Part shown: one piece after another, positions 1-12,929 of the stretch
Position numbering within the stretch: position 1 is the stretch's first letter
How the letters are laid out: each line of letters opens with the position of its first letter
Source: Synechococcus sp.
GTDB taxonomy: Bacteria > Cyanobacteriota > Cyanobacteriia > PCC-6307 > Cyanobiaceae
Direction: 5' to 3'
DNA: 64,000 nt
NCBI GenBank assembly: GCA_047285535.1
Contig: JBJBDC010000001.1
Span: forward strand, 1,856,136-1,920,135
Notes under the pieces: generated by a model
Seen by the model: the letters and a program-made list of their open reading frames with translations, nothing else
What the model was told of the DNA's origin: nothing
The model's database searches: none
Position numbers and translations under genes: made by a program

Positions 1-860
1 CCTAGCTTTCCCACAAACGCACGTCGATTAAAAACGTCGTAATTGTTGCGTTCAATCGCATTAAGGATTCCCCTATAAAGACGCAAAGAGGTCCAAACAG
101 GCCAACGTGCATCTGCTGACAACCAGCGGACACCTGCTTCTGAGCGTACAAACCATTCTCTGGCACGGGCCAACTGAAAGGTCATCAGCTCAATCCATTC
201 GTCAGTCATTTTTCCAGCCATAAGATCATCTTCACTAACTCCAAAATGGCGAAGATCTTCTTGTGGAAGATATATGCGACCTCGCATGCGATCTTCTCCT
301 ACATCACGAAGGATATTGGTGAGCTGATTTGCAATTCCCAAGGCAACGGCGGCATCTGAAGGATCAGGACAAGCACTCCACGGGGCTGAAGTGTAAGCCT
401 GATCCACTCCCATCACACCCTGGGTCATCAAGCCGACAGTTCCAGCGACGCGATAGCAATACAGCTTCAAGTCCTCAAATGTCGGGTAGCGCATCCAGGA
501 AAGATCCATGCGCTGACCTTCAATCATGTCCAAGTAAGGCTGAATGCTCTGAGGAAATCGCTGCAAAGTATCGAGCATCACAGCATCAAGATCGTCTGAG
601 ACATGACCATTAAAAAGTGCCCTGGTTTTGTCTTCCCAACGATCCAAACGTTCTGCGAGTTCGGCCACTGGGCGCGCCTGAGCCTCTGCACTATCCATCA
701 GTTCATCAGTTCGCCTACACCAGACGTAAATGGCCCAAATCGCGCGACGTTTATGCAATGGGAGCAGCAAAGTGCCTAAATAAAATGTCTTAGCCCACTC
801 GGCCGTCTCAGAACGACAAGCCTCAAAGGCTGCGTCGAGATCCGAAGCTGTGAGGGTCAT
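1..860 (-). CDS. crtB: phytoene synthase (3' end truncated by window edge)
   Basis: Hand translation from ATG at 860: MTLTASDLDAAFEACRSETAEWAKTFYLGTLLLP...WAIYVWCRRTDELMD; directly downstream of pds. Absent from the ORF track because it runs off the window. Confidence 0.95.
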   Translation of the reverse strand, partial: MTLTASDLDAAFEACRSETAEWAKTFYLGTLLLPLHKRRAIWAIYVWCRRTDELMDSAEAQARPVAELAERLDRWEDKTRALFNGHVSDDLDAVMLDTLQRFPQSIQPYLDMIEGQRMDLSWMRYPTFEDLKLYCYRVAGTVGLMTQGVMGVDQAYTSAPWSACPDPSDAAVALGIANQLTNILRDVGEDRMRGRIYLPQEDLRHFGVSEDDLMAGKMTDEWIELMTFQLARAREWFVRSEAGVRWLSADARWPVWTSLRLYRGILNAIERNNYDVFNRRAFVGKL

Positions 861-863
861 GAC

Positions 864-2309
<1,446 letters not shown>

Positions 2310-2389
2310 TTAAAAGGAGCAATGCCCTGTTCGCTTCCTAAAGTCATCATCAACCGCAAGCGCGGTGTCCTTACCGCAATGCAAGCCCC

Positions 2390-2737
2390 ATGGCCGACAC
2401 CCTGCTGAAGAGCACCACGCGCCACGTGCGCCTGTTCACTGCACGAGTGGACGACGGGAGACTCGTTCCAGACCCAAAGCAGCTCACTCTCGACCTGGAT
2501 CCCGACAATGAATTCATCTGGACCGATAGCTGCCTCAAGACTGTTCAGGAACGCTTCCGTGAACTCGTTGATGCTTATGCAGGCCAGCCTCTGAACGACT
2601 ACAACTTGCGCCGCATCGGTTCAGAACTAGAAGGAAGCATCCGGCAGCTGCTACAGGCTGGCCAGCTGAGCTACAACCCAGACTGCCGAGTCCTGAATTA
2701 CTCCATGGGTCTGCCCCGTACCCCTGAACTGCTGTGA
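2390..2737 (+). CDS. ndhM: NDH-1 complex subunit M
   Basis: [13 protein letters not shown]...LDLDPDNEF...[11 protein letters not shown]...LNYSMGLP signature. Confidence 0.95.
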   Translation: MADTLLKSTTRHVRLFTARVDDGRLVPDPKQLTLDLDPDNEFIWTDSCLKTVQERFRELVDAYAGQPLNDYNLRRIGSELEGSIRQLLQAGQLSYNPDCRVLNYSMGLPRTPELL

Positions 2738-3336
2738 GCCGATCCCCTTACGACCGCCCACGAGCGAGAAATCAACGGCGTCCTGATCAGCGAAGGGGAA
2801 ATCGTTACAGCCCCCCTCCCCCCAGCAACAATGATGGGGGAACAGGGGGCCCTCGTTTCAACACCACCAGGATTGCAGTCCTCGCAGGGGTATTGATCGT
2901 GGGAATCGGAATCGGAAGTGCCGTGACCAGTACCACCCAGGGAGATCAAGGGAACATCGCCAGCAGTCAGCAGTTGGATATGGCGGTCCCTGATCCGGAG
3001 TTCTGCAGGCAGTGGGGAGCCAGCGCTTTCGTGATGGATGTTGAGATGTACACCACGCTCAACCCATCCAGCAGTTTTGTCACTCAGCCGACCTTGCAGC
3101 CAGGCTGCGTCATCAGAAGAGAAAACTGGGCCGTATTGCGCAAAGAAGGGGCTATCACCGCTGCTCAGGAAAGACAATGCAAGCAAAGGATGAATACTTT
3201 TGCTTACATCGGGTCAGTGAGAGACAAACCGGTCGTCCGGTGTGTCTACCAGACAGACATCTCTCAAAACAAGTTTCTGACGCGAGGGGTTGCAGACGAC
3301 ACTGTAGGGATCACACCTGAGGCTGATCAGTTTTAG
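2734..3336 (+). CDS. DUF3172-family cyanobacterial membrane-anchored protein
   Basis: Single TM helix, [12 protein letters not shown] and [11 protein letters not shown] motifs; overlaps the ndhM stop. Confidence 0.8.
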   Translation: MSRSPYDRPRARNQRRPDQRRGNRYSPPPPSNNDGGTGGPRFNTTRIAVLAGVLIVGIGIGSAVTSTTQGDQGNIASSQQLDMAVPDPEFCRQWGASAFVMDVEMYTTLNPSSSFVTQPTLQPGCVIRRENWAVLRKEGAITAAQERQCKQRMNTFAYIGSVRDKPVVRCVYQTDISQNKFLTRGVADDTVGITPEADQF

Positions 3337-4328
3337 GTGACATCAAGATCTGTGGTTACGGGATCCGCGCCCGAAACCGCAGATCGTTGCTGACGAAGTG
3401 GACTGTCTGCACTGGCGAATACAGGTAAAACATCACGTCGGAATGCTTCTGCAGCGCGTGAGCAATAGCGGGCAGGATGAGTGATCAGTCTTAGTTGTCG
3501 CCGCACTTGAAGACCAGCCACCGATGGCTTGTGCAAACTTCCAGCAGTCAGCTCCCTCTCAATCGAAACCACGGGCAGGAAGGCGGCACCCAAACCGGAT
3601 TGAACAGCATTTTTAATCGCCTCTAAAGAATTGAGCTCCATCTCAATGCGCAACCTCTGCACATCCAACCCTGAACGAGCCAAGAGCTGGTCGACCATTT
3701 TTCGAGTTGTTGACTGAGCATCCAAACACACAAACCCCAGTCGATAGAGATCCTCCTTGCTGAGTTCTGGAAGCCTGGCAAGGGGATGCTTCACAGGCAG
3801 CACCAATGCCAATTCATCGCTCGCATAAGGAACAACCTGCAGCAACTCGTTCAACTCTGTTGGTAATTCACCGCCGATGATTGCCAAGTCGATCTGACCA
3901 TTGGCCACGCTCCAGCCAGTTCGCCTTGTGCTGTGGACATGCAGCTGAACAGCGACATCTGGAAATTTTTGCCGAAACAGGCCAATCATTCTCGGCATCA
4001 AATAAGTACCAGTGGTCTGGCTAGCGCCGACGACCAGAGAGCCTCCCTTGAGGTTGTGCAGATCATCTAATGCTCGGCAAGCCTCATGACACTGGCTAAG
4101 AATTCGATCGCAATAGCTCAGCAACAAATGACCGGCTTCCGTCAGCTGCGCTTTACGGCCGCCACGATCAAACAGGGACACCTCAAGCTGCTTTTCCAGA
4201 TTCTGAATCTGCAAACTGACAGCTGGCTGAGTGACATAAAGACTGTCGGCTGCTTTTTTGAAGCTGCCCTCGCTGACTATGGCGCGAAGGATACGCAGCT
4301 GATCCAATGTGAAAGGAAGATCAGCCAT
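3333..4328 (-). CDS. rbcR: LysR-family regulator, RbcR/Ycf30-like
   Basis: [14 protein letters not shown]...[40 protein letters not shown]. Confidence 0.88.
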   Translation of the reverse strand: MADLPFTLDQLRILRAIVSEGSFKKAADSLYVTQPAVSLQIQNLEKQLEVSLFDRGGRKAQLTEAGHLLLSYCDRILSQCHEACRALDDLHNLKGGSLVVGASQTTGTYLMPRMIGLFRQKFPDVAVQLHVHSTRRTGWSVANGQIDLAIIGGELPTELNELLQVVPYASDELALVLPVKHPLARLPELSKEDLYRLGFVCLDAQSTTRKMVDQLLARSGLDVQRLRIEMELNSLEAIKNAVQSGLGAAFLPVVSIERELTAGSLHKPSVAGLQVRRQLRLITHPARYCSRAAEAFRRDVLPVFASADSPLRQQRSAVSGADPVTTDLDVT

Positions 4329-4421
4329 AGGCGACAGCCGACCCGGCAGGGATAGCTCGAAAACTGTAGATGGGGGGATCCCGCCGACCGTCAGAATCAC
4401 TTTCTACGCAGCAACTCTTTA

Positions 4422-5165
4422 GTGGAGCTCCTAAGTAGTGAAAGGCATCACTCCAGCATCATGATGCTCCTGCTGCTCTTGGCCTTCGCCGTCATCCATA
4501 GCGGTGGGGCGGCCCTGAGAAGTCGAGCGGAGGCCAGAATTGGAGCCAGAGCCTGGCGAGTGCTGTTTGCCGGGTTAAGTATTCCCTCAGCGATAGTCGT
4601 CATTGGATACTTCCTTGCCCATCGTTATGACGGCGTCAGGCTCTGGAATGTTCAAGGCGTTGAAGGAGTGGTTCCCGTGATCTGGGTACTCACAGCGATC
4701 AGCTTCCTTTTCCTGTATCCAGCCACCTACAACCTGCTCGAAATCCCCGCTGTCTACAAACCGCAGGTCCGTCTCTATGCCACTGGCATCATCCGCATTA
4801 GCCGTCACCCGCAAGCCGTTGGACAAATCCTCTGGTGCTTTAGCCATGCCCTTTGGATCGGGAGCAGCTTCATGATCGCGACCTGCATGGGTCTGATTGG
4901 GCATCACCTATTCGCCGTTTGGCATGGAGACCGACGCTTGCAGGCTCGGTTTGGTGATGACTTTGCAAAGCTGAAACAAAGTACTTCTGTGCTGCCTTTT
5001 GCCGCTGTTCTGGATGGTCGTCAGACTCTGAGCTGGAAAGAGATGCTGCGACCGGCTCAACTGGGGATCGCGATTGCCATCGGTGTTTTTTGGTGGGCTC
5101 ATCGCTTCATTCCATTGGGAGGAATCGCGTTCCTTCACTCACCTCTTGAGGGGCTTTTGAGCTGA
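4422..5165 (+). CDS. NnrU-family membrane protein (15-cis-zeta-carotene isomerase-like)
   Basis: HSGGAALR, TYNLLEIPA, GIIRISRHPQ, HGDRRL motifs. Confidence 0.82.
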   Translation: MELLSSERHHSSIMMLLLLLAFAVIHSGGAALRSRAEARIGARAWRVLFAGLSIPSAIVVIGYFLAHRYDGVRLWNVQGVEGVVPVIWVLTAISFLFLYPATYNLLEIPAVYKPQVRLYATGIIRISRHPQAVGQILWCFSHALWIGSSFMIATCMGLIGHHLFAVWHGDRRLQARFGDDFAKLKQSTSVLPFAAVLDGRQTLSWKEMLRPAQLGIAIAIGVFWWAHRFIPLGGIAFLHSPLEGLLS

Positions 5166-5199
5166 GCTGCCTACACTCCAATCACTCTGCTGCCCTCGG

Positions 5200-7203
5200 A
5201 TGCCTTCGGCTGCCGATTTTGCCTGGTTGATCCCAATCCTCCCATTGGTTGGAGCAGTGATCACAGGCCTAGGTCTGATTAGCTTCAATCGCACCATGAA
5301 TCGGTTGAAGAAACCGGTTGCCTTACTGCTCATCAGCTGCATCGGAGCAGCGGCAGTCATCAGTTATGCCGTGCTTTTCGAGCAATTGGGCGGAGCCCCA
5401 CCCGTTGAGCATCTTTTTATCTGGGCCAGTGCTGGTGACTTCCGTCTTCCGATGGGTTACGTCGTCGACCCTCTAGCAGCAGTCATGCTCGCCCTCGTCA
5501 CCACAGTGGCATTGCTGGTGATGATTTATTCCCATGGCTACATGGCTCACGACAAGGGCTATGTGCGCTTCTTTACTTATCTAGCCATCTTCAGCAGTTC
5601 CATGCTTGGGCTCGTTGTGAGCCCAAACCTTCTCGAAATTTATGTGTTCTGGGAACTGGTGGGGATGGCCTCGTATCTCTTGGTGGGCTTCTGGTACGAC
5701 CGTGAAGGCGCAGCTCATGCTGCCCAGAAGGCATTTGTTGTGAATCGAGTTGGAGATTTCGGATTGCTTCTAGGCATCCTTGGGCTCTATTGGGCCACTG
5801 GGAGCTTTGGATTCCAAGGCATTGCTGATGGATTATCAGCAGCAGTCTCCAGCGGCGTTGTTCCGGGATGGGCCGCGCTTGCGCTCTGCCTCTTTGTGTT
5901 CATGGGTCCAATGGCCAAGTCCGCTCAATTTCCACTCCACGTTTGGCTTCCTGATGCCATGGAAGGACCGACACCCATCTCTGCTTTGATCCATGCGGCC
6001 ACGATGGTGGCCGCAGGCGTATTCCTTGTTGCCCGGCTGGAACCGCTCTACAGCCAGTTCCCGACAGTTGGCACCTTCATCGCCGTGATCGGAACGATCA
6101 CCTGTTTCTTGGGAGCCTCCATCGCTCTCACCCAGATGGATCTCAAAAAGGGGCTTGCTTACAGCACCGTTTCTCAGTTGGGCTACATGATGCTGGCCAT
6201 GGGCTGCGGAGCTCCTGTTGCTGGCATGTTCCATTTAGTCACTCATGCCTTCTTCAAGGCGATGCTGTTCCTTGGATCTGGCTCGGTGATCCATGCCATG
6301 GAAGAGGTCGTTGGCCACGAACCTGTTCTCGCCCAAGACATGCGACTGATGGGTGGACTTCGCCAAAAGATGCCGATCACGGCCATCACCTTTTTGATCG
6401 GCTGTGTTGCCATTAGCGGCATCCCACCCCTTGCTGGCTTCTGGAGCAAAGACGAGATTCTCGGTCAAGCCTTCAACAGCTACCCCCTCCTCTGGGCTGT
6501 TGGATTTGCCACTGCGGGGATGACTGCCTTTTATATGTTCCGCCTCTACTTCCTCACCTTTGAAGGGGAATTTCGCGGCGATAAGAAGGAACTACAGCAA
6601 CAACTCCTCGAAGCAGCAGGAAAGAACGCGGATGACGGTCATGATCACCATGCCTCAGGGGTTGTTCATGAGTCACCGTGGTCGATGACACTGCCATTGG
6701 CGATTCTCGCTGTACCCTCCGCTGTCATTGGTCTCTTGGGCACGCCCTGGAACAGTCGTTTTGCTGGACTTCTGAATCCGGAAGAAGCAGCTGAAATGGC
6801 CGAACATTTCAGCTGGTGGGAATTCCTTCCCCTCGCTGGAGCCTCAGTGGCGATCTCCTTGGCTGGCTTGACTGTTGCCGCCCTTGCCTACGCTCTTCAC
6901 CGCATCGACCTGCAAGAACGCGTCGCTGCGCGTTTCCCAAGAATTAACAGGTTCTTAGCCAATAAGTGGTATCTCGATGCCATCAACGAAAAATTATTCG
7001 TTCGAAGCAGCCGCAAGTTGGCACGTGAAGTGCTGGAAGTGGATGCAAAAGTTGTGGATGGAGTGGTGAACCTCACAGGTCTCCTCACCCTTGGCAGCGG
7101 TGAAGGTCTCAAATATTTTGAGACCGGACGAGCCCAGTTCTATGCACTCATTGTGTTTGGTGGTGTGATTGCCATGGTTGTGCTGTTTGGCGCGCTCGGC
7201 TGA
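5200..7203 (+). CDS. ndhF: NDH-1 subunit 5 (NdhF1)
   Basis: AKSAQFPLHVWLPDAMEGPTPISALIHAATMV; THAFFKAMLFL. Confidence 0.97.
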   Translation: MPSAADFAWLIPILPLVGAVITGLGLISFNRTMNRLKKPVALLLISCIGAAAVISYAVLFEQLGGAPPVEHLFIWASAGDFRLPMGYVVDPLAAVMLALVTTVALLVMIYSHGYMAHDKGYVRFFTYLAIFSSSMLGLVVSPNLLEIYVFWELVGMASYLLVGFWYDREGAAHAAQKAFVVNRVGDFGLLLGILGLYWATGSFGFQGIADGLSAAVSSGVVPGWAALALCLFVFMGPMAKSAQFPLHVWLPDAMEGPTPISALIHAATMVAAGVFLVARLEPLYSQFPTVGTFIAVIGTITCFLGASIALTQMDLKKGLAYSTVSQLGYMMLAMGCGAPVAGMFHLVTHAFFKAMLFLGSGSVIHAMEEVVGHEPVLAQDMRLMGGLRQKMPITAITFLIGCVAISGIPPLAGFWSKDEILGQAFNSYPLLWAVGFATAGMTAFYMFRLYFLTFEGEFRGDKKELQQQLLEAAGKNADDGHDHHASGVVHESPWSMTLPLAILAVPSAVIGLLGTPWNSRFAGLLNPEEAAEMAEHFSWWEFLPLAGASVAISLAGLTVAALAYALHRIDLQERVAARFPRINRFLANKWYLDAINEKLFVRSSRKLAREVLEVDAKVVDGVVNLTGLLTLGSGEGLKYFETGRAQFYALIVFGGVIAMVVLFGALG

Positions 7204-7320
7204 AGGGCCCATCTGATGCTTCCTGCTCAGAGCTGATGGTTATGTGTGTCAACGCCTATCGAGTGGATGCGAGTTCGTCCAACATTTCTACACTCCAACC
7301 AGTGGTGAAAGACCTGTCCC

Positions 7321-8997
7321 GTGCTCGAATTTGCCGTTAGTGCACCCTTTGATCCGGCATTCGACATTTCAGCCGGTATCGTTCCGGCCACGTTCCCATG
7401 GTTAAGCCTCTCGATCCTGTTCCCGATTGTTGGGGCCTTCATCGTTCCATTCGTACCTGACGATGGCGATGGCAAAAAAGTCCGATGGTTTGCACTCGGA
7501 ATTGCACTCACGACGTTTGTAATTACGGCAGCGGCTTATCTAAGCGGCTACGACCCCAGCTACAGCGGTCTCCAACTCTCAGAACGCGTGAGCTGGCTCC
7601 CCAATCTCGGGCTCACTTGGGCAGTCGGGGCTGATGGCTTGTCCATGCCGCTCATCCTGCTCACAAGCTTCATCACAGCTTTGGCAGTCCTGGCGGCCTG
7701 GCCTGTGACCTTTAAGCCCAAACTGTTTTTCTTTTTGATCCTGGCGATGGATGGCGGCCAAATTGCCGTCTTCGCGGTGCAAGACATGCTCCTGTTCTTT
7801 CTCGCCTGGGAACTAGAGCTGCTTCCGGTCTATCTCTTGCTAGCGATCTGGGGCGGCAAAAAACGACAGTATGCCGCCACGAAATTCATCCTCTATACGG
7901 CGGGCAGCTCACTGTTCATCCTGTTGGCCGCCTTAGCCATGGGCTTTTTTGGTGGTGGAGTCCCCAATTTCGAGTACAGCGTGATGGCTCAAAAGGGATT
8001 CAGTACTGGATTTCAGCTCATTTGTTATGCAGGATTGCTGATTGCCTTTGGTGTGAAGTTACCCATTGTTCCCCTCCACACGTGGCTACCTGATGCCCAT
8101 GGTGAAGCGACCGCGCCAGTTCATATGTTGCTGGCAGGCATTTTGCTGAAAATGGGTGGCTATGCCCTCATGCGATTTAACGCCGAAATCCTTCCCGAAG
8201 CCCATGCCCAATTCGCCCCCCTGCTGGTGGTGTTGGGCGTGGTGAACATCATCTATGCAGCACTCACCTCATTCGCTCAACGCAATCTCAAACGCAAAAT
8301 CGCTTACAGCTCCATCAGCCATATGGGGTTTGTGCTGATTGGCATTGGCAGCTTCAGCCCGCTAGGAACCAGTGGAGCCATGCTGCAAATGATTAGCCAT
8401 GGACTGATCGGCGCCAGCTTGTTCTTTCTGGTTGGTGCCACGTATGACCGCACCCATACCCTTCAGCTCGATGAAATGGGGGGCATTGGTCAAAAAATGC
8501 GCATCATGTTTGCGCTCTGGACGGTTTGCTGCCTTGCCTCCCTGGCACTCCCCGGCATGAGTGGCTTCGTGAGCGAACTGATGGTCTTTACAGGCTTTGC
8601 CACGGATGAGGCTTATACCCTCAGCTTCCGCATCGTGATTGATGGTCTAGCCGCAATTGGAGTGATTCTTACCCCGATCTATCTACTCTCAATGTTGAGA
8701 GAGATCTTCTTCGGTAAAGAGAACAGAGAACTCGTCTCTCACACCAATCTTGTGGATGCTGAGCCCAGGGAGGTCTACATCATTGGTTGTCTTCTGGTTC
8801 CAATCATCGGTATCGGACTGTATCCAAAGCTGATGACTGACAGCTACAGCAGAACGATCGAAACTCTTGTGGAGCGTGACGTCGTCGCGATGGAGAGGAT
8901 CTCGCGACCAACAGCACCATTAATCCGCAGCACTTCACTGGTGCCGGCTCAGTTCTCAGCCCCAAAACTGACGGCGAGCAACCAGCTCATCTCGTAA
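7321..8997 (+). CDS. ndhD: NDH-1 subunit 4 (NdhD1)
   Basis: [28 protein letters not shown]; follows ndhF. Confidence 0.97.
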   Translation: MLEFAVSAPFDPAFDISAGIVPATFPWLSLSILFPIVGAFIVPFVPDDGDGKKVRWFALGIALTTFVITAAAYLSGYDPSYSGLQLSERVSWLPNLGLTWAVGADGLSMPLILLTSFITALAVLAAWPVTFKPKLFFFLILAMDGGQIAVFAVQDMLLFFLAWELELLPVYLLLAIWGGKKRQYAATKFILYTAGSSLFILLAALAMGFFGGGVPNFEYSVMAQKGFSTGFQLICYAGLLIAFGVKLPIVPLHTWLPDAHGEATAPVHMLLAGILLKMGGYALMRFNAEILPEAHAQFAPLLVVLGVVNIIYAALTSFAQRNLKRKIAYSSISHMGFVLIGIGSFSPLGTSGAMLQMISHGLIGASLFFLVGATYDRTHTLQLDEMGGIGQKMRIMFALWTVCCLASLALPGMSGFVSELMVFTGFATDEAYTLSFRIVIDGLAAIGVILTPIYLLSMLREIFFGKENRELVSHTNLVDAEPREVYIIGCLLVPIIGIGLYPKLMTDSYSRTIETLVERDVVAMERISRPTAPLIRSTSLVPAQFSAPKLTASNQLIS

Positions 8998-9086
8998 CGA
9001 ACTTCGTCCGTTCTCGGCCTAAGCGATACAGAGCTTCAATCTCTCCTTAATTTTCAGACGCCTGCCGCAAACGTTGTTCCCCCACC

Positions 9087-9476
9087 ATGCGTCAAGTCAA
9101 CTTCAGCCTGATTTTTATCTTCGGGCTTGGCACTGTGTTTTTCACTCTGGAAAACACCAAGCCAACCACGGTCAACGTTTTGCCATGGATGCAATTCACC
9201 TTGCCTTTAGCCGCTCTTCTGCTTTTGGCAGCAGGTGTCGGCGCCGTAGCTGCATGGCTTTTTGCTAGCTGGAGCGGAATGCTGCATACCGTGGAGCGTT
9301 TGAGCAAAGCCAGTGAATTCGAAGCACAACAGGTGCGCATTCAAGAATTAGAAACCGACCTCGATCGATACCGGTCCACTGTGCAGACCCAGCTGGGTCT
9401 TCTGCCTTCAGGCAGTAGCGAATCCGAATCATCATCCGATGCCAATCCCACTGTTGATATCGATTCCAAGGTCTAA
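9087..9476 (+). CDS. LapA/DUF1049-like small membrane protein
   Basis: Two TM helices, FTLEN motif, coiled-coil C-terminus. Confidence 0.7.
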   Translation: MRQVNFSLIFIFGLGTVFFTLENTKPTTVNVLPWMQFTLPLAALLLLAAGVGAVAAWLFASWSGMLHTVERLSKASEFEAQQVRIQELETDLDRYRSTVQTQLGLLPSGSSESESSSDANPTVDIDSKV

Positions 9477-9545
9477 AGGAATAAGGAAGAGAAACACCCT
9501 TCCGCACTAGCGTCCGCCGGCTCTGACCGATACCTTGCCAGCAGA

Positions 9546-10460
9546 GTGAGGTTGACTTTGTCTGATGCCGGCTTGACCTCAAAAGCTGATGCCGGCGCGC
9601 GCCTTGCAATCCGACTTCTACAAGATGCAGCTCAAAGCGGCACTCTCGATCCATGGGATGTGGACGTGATTGCCGTAATCGATGGTTTTTTAGATCAACT
9701 GAGACAACGCATCGAAGTCCCACGGCAAGTCGCCGCTCAGTTAGGCCATACAGGAGGAAGCTATGAACGCGATCTCGCTGAAAGCAGCGAAGCTTTTCTA
9801 GCCGCTTCAGTCTTGGTCGGCCTCAAAGCAGAAGTACTTGAAGCCAGCACATTCCCTCCAGAACCAATTGTTGAAGATGCCTTCGACGCTGACTTCATGG
9901 AGCAGGGTTGGCTTGATCCCAAATTCAACTTGCCGCGTCATCCTGAGCGTCACCTATTAAGACGTCCTGTAGCCCCACCTCCACTCAGGCGTCCAGTGAC
10001 CCTTGGAGAGCTGATCGAACAGCTTGAGACCATTGCCGAGCAATTAGAGACCGACGAACTCAATATGCGCCGGCGTCAACGCCAAAAGCGCTTCAGCAAT
10101 CGAGAGGCTATTGAGCAAGTTGCGGCTTTGGCCCACAGGGAGAAACTCCCTGAAACGACAGCCGCGTTAGGTGTGTTTATCAAGGAATGGGAACAAGCTT
10201 TGCACTGGATAGATTTCGAGCTTCTTGTAACCCAATGGTCGGAGACAGCTGCCTCAGACCTAGACACGGATCGTGTGGGTGTGTTCTGGGCTCTTTTGTT
10301 TCTGTCGTCTCAAAGCCAGGTCGAACTCGAACAAATTGGCTCACTGCATGGACCAATCCGCTTGAAGCGCCTGCTGGTTGCAGGTGAAGTCACTCAGATG
10401 CCGATCCATGCCCTTGAGGTGCCAGATATCACGCCGACCTTGCCTGCGATTGCTGCCTGA
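9546..10460 (+). CDS. scpA: segregation and condensation protein A
   Basis: LDPWDVDVIAVID, RPVTLGELIEQL, DRVGVFWALLFL. Confidence 0.88.
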   Translation: MRLTLSDAGLTSKADAGARLAIRLLQDAAQSGTLDPWDVDVIAVIDGFLDQLRQRIEVPRQVAAQLGHTGGSYERDLAESSEAFLAASVLVGLKAEVLEASTFPPEPIVEDAFDADFMEQGWLDPKFNLPRHPERHLLRRPVAPPPLRRPVTLGELIEQLETIAEQLETDELNMRRRQRQKRFSNREAIEQVAALAHREKLPETTAALGVFIKEWEQALHWIDFELLVTQWSETAASDLDTDRVGVFWALLFLSSQSQVELEQIGSLHGPIRLKRLLVAGEVTQMPIHALEVPDITPTLPAIAA

Positions 10461-10505
10461 GCACCCTCTTATGTTGGCCTTTACGTTTTCAATTTTGGTA
10501 AGTCA

Positions 10506-11681
10506 ATGAAGGCCATGATCCTGGCCGCAGGAAAGGGAACGCGGGTTCAGCCGATCACTCACGTGATCCCCAAACCGATGATTCCAATCCTGCAGAAACC
10601 TGTAATGGAGTTCCTCCTCGAACTTCTCAAAGAACATGGTTTCACTGAGGTCATGGTCAACGTGTCTCACTTGGCCGAGGAAATCGAGAATTATTTCCGA
10701 GATGGGCAACGTTTTGGTGTCGAAATCGCTTACAGCTTCGAAGGAAGCATTCAGGATGGCGAACTCATTGGAGATGCCCTGGGCTCTGCGGGAGGTCTCA
10801 AGAAAATCCAAGATTTTCAAAGGTTCTTTGACGACACCTTCGTTGTGTTGTGCGGAGATGCCTTGATTGATCTAGATCTCTCAGAAGCCGTCAAACGTCA
10901 TCGAGCCAAAGGTGCTCTGGCAAGTCTTGTAACCAAGAGAGTGCCAAAGGATCAGGTGAGCAGCTACGGGGTGGTGGTTAGCGATGAGGACGGCAAAATC
11001 GAAGCTTTCCAGGAGAAGCCAAGTATTGAAGAGGCCTTAAGCGACACGATCAACACCGGTATCTATCTGTTCGAGCCTGAAATTTTCGACCACATCCCTT
11101 CAGGGAAATCATTCGATATCGGTGCCAATCTCTTCCCGGCTTTGGTTGAACAAGGATCCCCTTTTTATGCCTTACCCATGGATTTTGAATGGGTAGACAT
11201 TGGCAAGGTTCCTGATTATTGGCAAGCCATCCGCAGCGTCCTTCAGGGTGAAGTTCGCCAAATTGGGATCCCAGGGAAAGAGATCAAGCCTGGAGTCTTT
11301 ACAGGTCTCAATGTGGCTGCCAATTGGGACAAAATCAACGTCCAAGGTCCGATCTACGTCGGCGGAATGACCAAAATCGAAGATGGAGCCACGTTGATCG
11401 GCCCCACGATGATTGGGCCAAGCTGCTACATCTGCGAAGGCTCAACCATCGACAATTCCATCATTTTTGACTACTCCCGGATCGGCTCAGGCGTTCAACT
11501 GGTGGAAAAACTGGTGTTCGGTCGCTACTGCGTTGATAAAGAAGGGGATCACATTGATCTCCAGGAAGCAGCCCTCGATTGGTTAATTACGGATGCACGT
11601 CGTCAAGACTTTATTGAACCTTCACCTCAACAGAAAGCGATGGCCGAACTACTCGGTACCGATCTCACGCCATCGAGCTGA
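10506..11681 (+). CDS. cugP: sugar-phosphate nucleotidyltransferase (CugP-like UDP-glucose pyrophosphorylase)
   Basis: MKAMILAAGKGTRV...PKPMIP; C-terminal left-handed beta-helix repeats. Specificity is inferred from resemblance to cyanobacterial CugP. Confidence 0.78.
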   Translation: MKAMILAAGKGTRVQPITHVIPKPMIPILQKPVMEFLLELLKEHGFTEVMVNVSHLAEEIENYFRDGQRFGVEIAYSFEGSIQDGELIGDALGSAGGLKKIQDFQRFFDDTFVVLCGDALIDLDLSEAVKRHRAKGALASLVTKRVPKDQVSSYGVVVSDEDGKIEAFQEKPSIEEALSDTINTGIYLFEPEIFDHIPSGKSFDIGANLFPALVEQGSPFYALPMDFEWVDIGKVPDYWQAIRSVLQGEVRQIGIPGKEIKPGVFTGLNVAANWDKINVQGPIYVGGMTKIEDGATLIGPTMIGPSCYICEGSTIDNSIIFDYSRIGSGVQLVEKLVFGRYCVDKEGDHIDLQEAALDWLITDARRQDFIEPSPQQKAMAELLGTDLTPSS

Positions 11682-12567
11682 CGTTGGCTTGATTCAAAAT
11701 TGCTGGGATGCGTTCTTCTGCTTTGATTGCCATCAAATGAACCCCTTGAGCTAATCCCAGATATCTCTGAACCTGTTCAGCGGCAATTTTTACTCCCTCT
11801 TCCGCAGGATCAGCAGCAGCTTCTAATCGGGCGATCAGACTGTCCGGAATGCAGGCACCAGGCACCACCCGATTAATAAAACAAGCATTGCGCGCTGACT
11901 TCAGCAGAAACACGCCTGCAAGGACTGGAAGCTGCATGGGCGCGGCAATCTCACGGCAAAACTTTTCCAAGGCAGCTGCATCCATGACCATTTGGGTCTG
12001 AACAAAGCGTGCCCCTGCCTCTTTTTTCCGCTCCATGCGTCGTGCCAAGCCCGACCAGCTCATGCATTGGGGATCAGCGGCTGCTCCAGCAAATAGAGCA
12101 GTAGGACCATCCACGAGATCGCCTTTCACCGGATCCTCCCCCCGATTGAAAGCCGTGACCTGCTGAAGAAGACGCACTGACTCCAGTTCATTCACAGAGC
12201 GGGTCTTGGGCTGATCACCAGCGCGGACTGGGTCTCCTGTCAAACAAAGAAGATTTCGAATCCCCAAGGCATGAGCACCCAGGAGATCAGCCTGAATCGC
12301 AATTCGATTGCGATCGCGACAGGCCATCTGCAACACAGGCTCGATTCCTTGTTCCAGAAGGAGACGAGCCACGGCCAGACTGCTCATCCGCATGACCGCA
12401 CGACTGCCATCAGTGATGTTGATGGCATGGACATGACCTTGCAAAGTCCTCGCCATCTCAAGGGCATGAGAGGCATCTCCACCCCGGGGTGGCATGACTT
12501 CAGCCGTAATGGTGACAGCTCCAGCTTCGAGACGACTCTGCAGGACTGAACTCAAACGAACAATCAC
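11665..12567 (-). CDS. metF: methylenetetrahydrofolate reductase
   Basis: TAEVMPPRG, NITDGSRA, CRDRNRIAIQADLLGA, GARFVQTQ. Confidence 0.93.
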   Translation of the reverse strand: MIVRLSSVLQSRLEAGAVTITAEVMPPRGGDASHALEMARTLQGHVHAINITDGSRAVMRMSSLAVARLLLEQGIEPVLQMACRDRNRIAIQADLLGAHALGIRNLLCLTGDPVRAGDQPKTRSVNELESVRLLQQVTAFNRGEDPVKGDLVDGPTALFAGAAADPQCMSWSGLARRMERKKEAGARFVQTQMVMDAAALEKFCREIAAPMQLPVLAGVFLLKSARNACFINRVVPGACIPDSLIARLEAAADPAEEGVKIAAEQVQRYLGLAQGVHLMAIKAEERIPAILNQANVSSMA

Positions 12568-12677
12568 CTCTGGGACACACTATGGAATATCAGGCGTCGC
12601 ATAACTTCCATACAATAAAAATGATGACTAAAGCTGATGCCTCAAGCAGAATGGTGATCGGTGAGGCGCCCTGATCA

Positions 12678-12929
12678 ATGACTATTTCCCTCTCCAGCCG
12701 TGAAATTGAAATCATCGAACTGGTGGCCGAGGGGCTGACCAATCAAGAGATCTCTGAGCGACTGACGATCAGCAAACGCACAGTCGACAACCATGTCAGC
12801 AACGTGTTCACCAAAACCGGATCAAAAAATCGCGTGGCGTTACTGAACTGGGCCATGGATCACGGAAAGATCTGCAGAGATGGTTTCAACTGTTGCACCC
12901 TTCCTTCTGATTCTTCCGACGCGACCTAA
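12678..12929 (+). CDS. pedR: small LuxR-type HTH regulator (PedR-like)
   Basis: LSSREIEIIELVAEGLTNQEI...SKRTVDNHVSN, C-terminal KICRDGFNCC cysteine cluster. Confidence 0.85.
   Translation: MTISLSSREIEIIELVAEGLTNQEISERLTISKRTVDNHVSNVFTKTGSKNRVALLNWAMDHGKICRDGFNCCTLPSDSSDAT

Noticed and set aside
329..613. 94-aa plus-strand ORF and the many similar short antisense or alternate-frame ORFs in the track
   Set aside because: They are shadows of well-supported genes (here crtB) and carry no recognisable motifs.
12310..12317. HIP1 octamer GCGATCGC
   Set aside because: Only sporadic copies were seen, with no enrichment.
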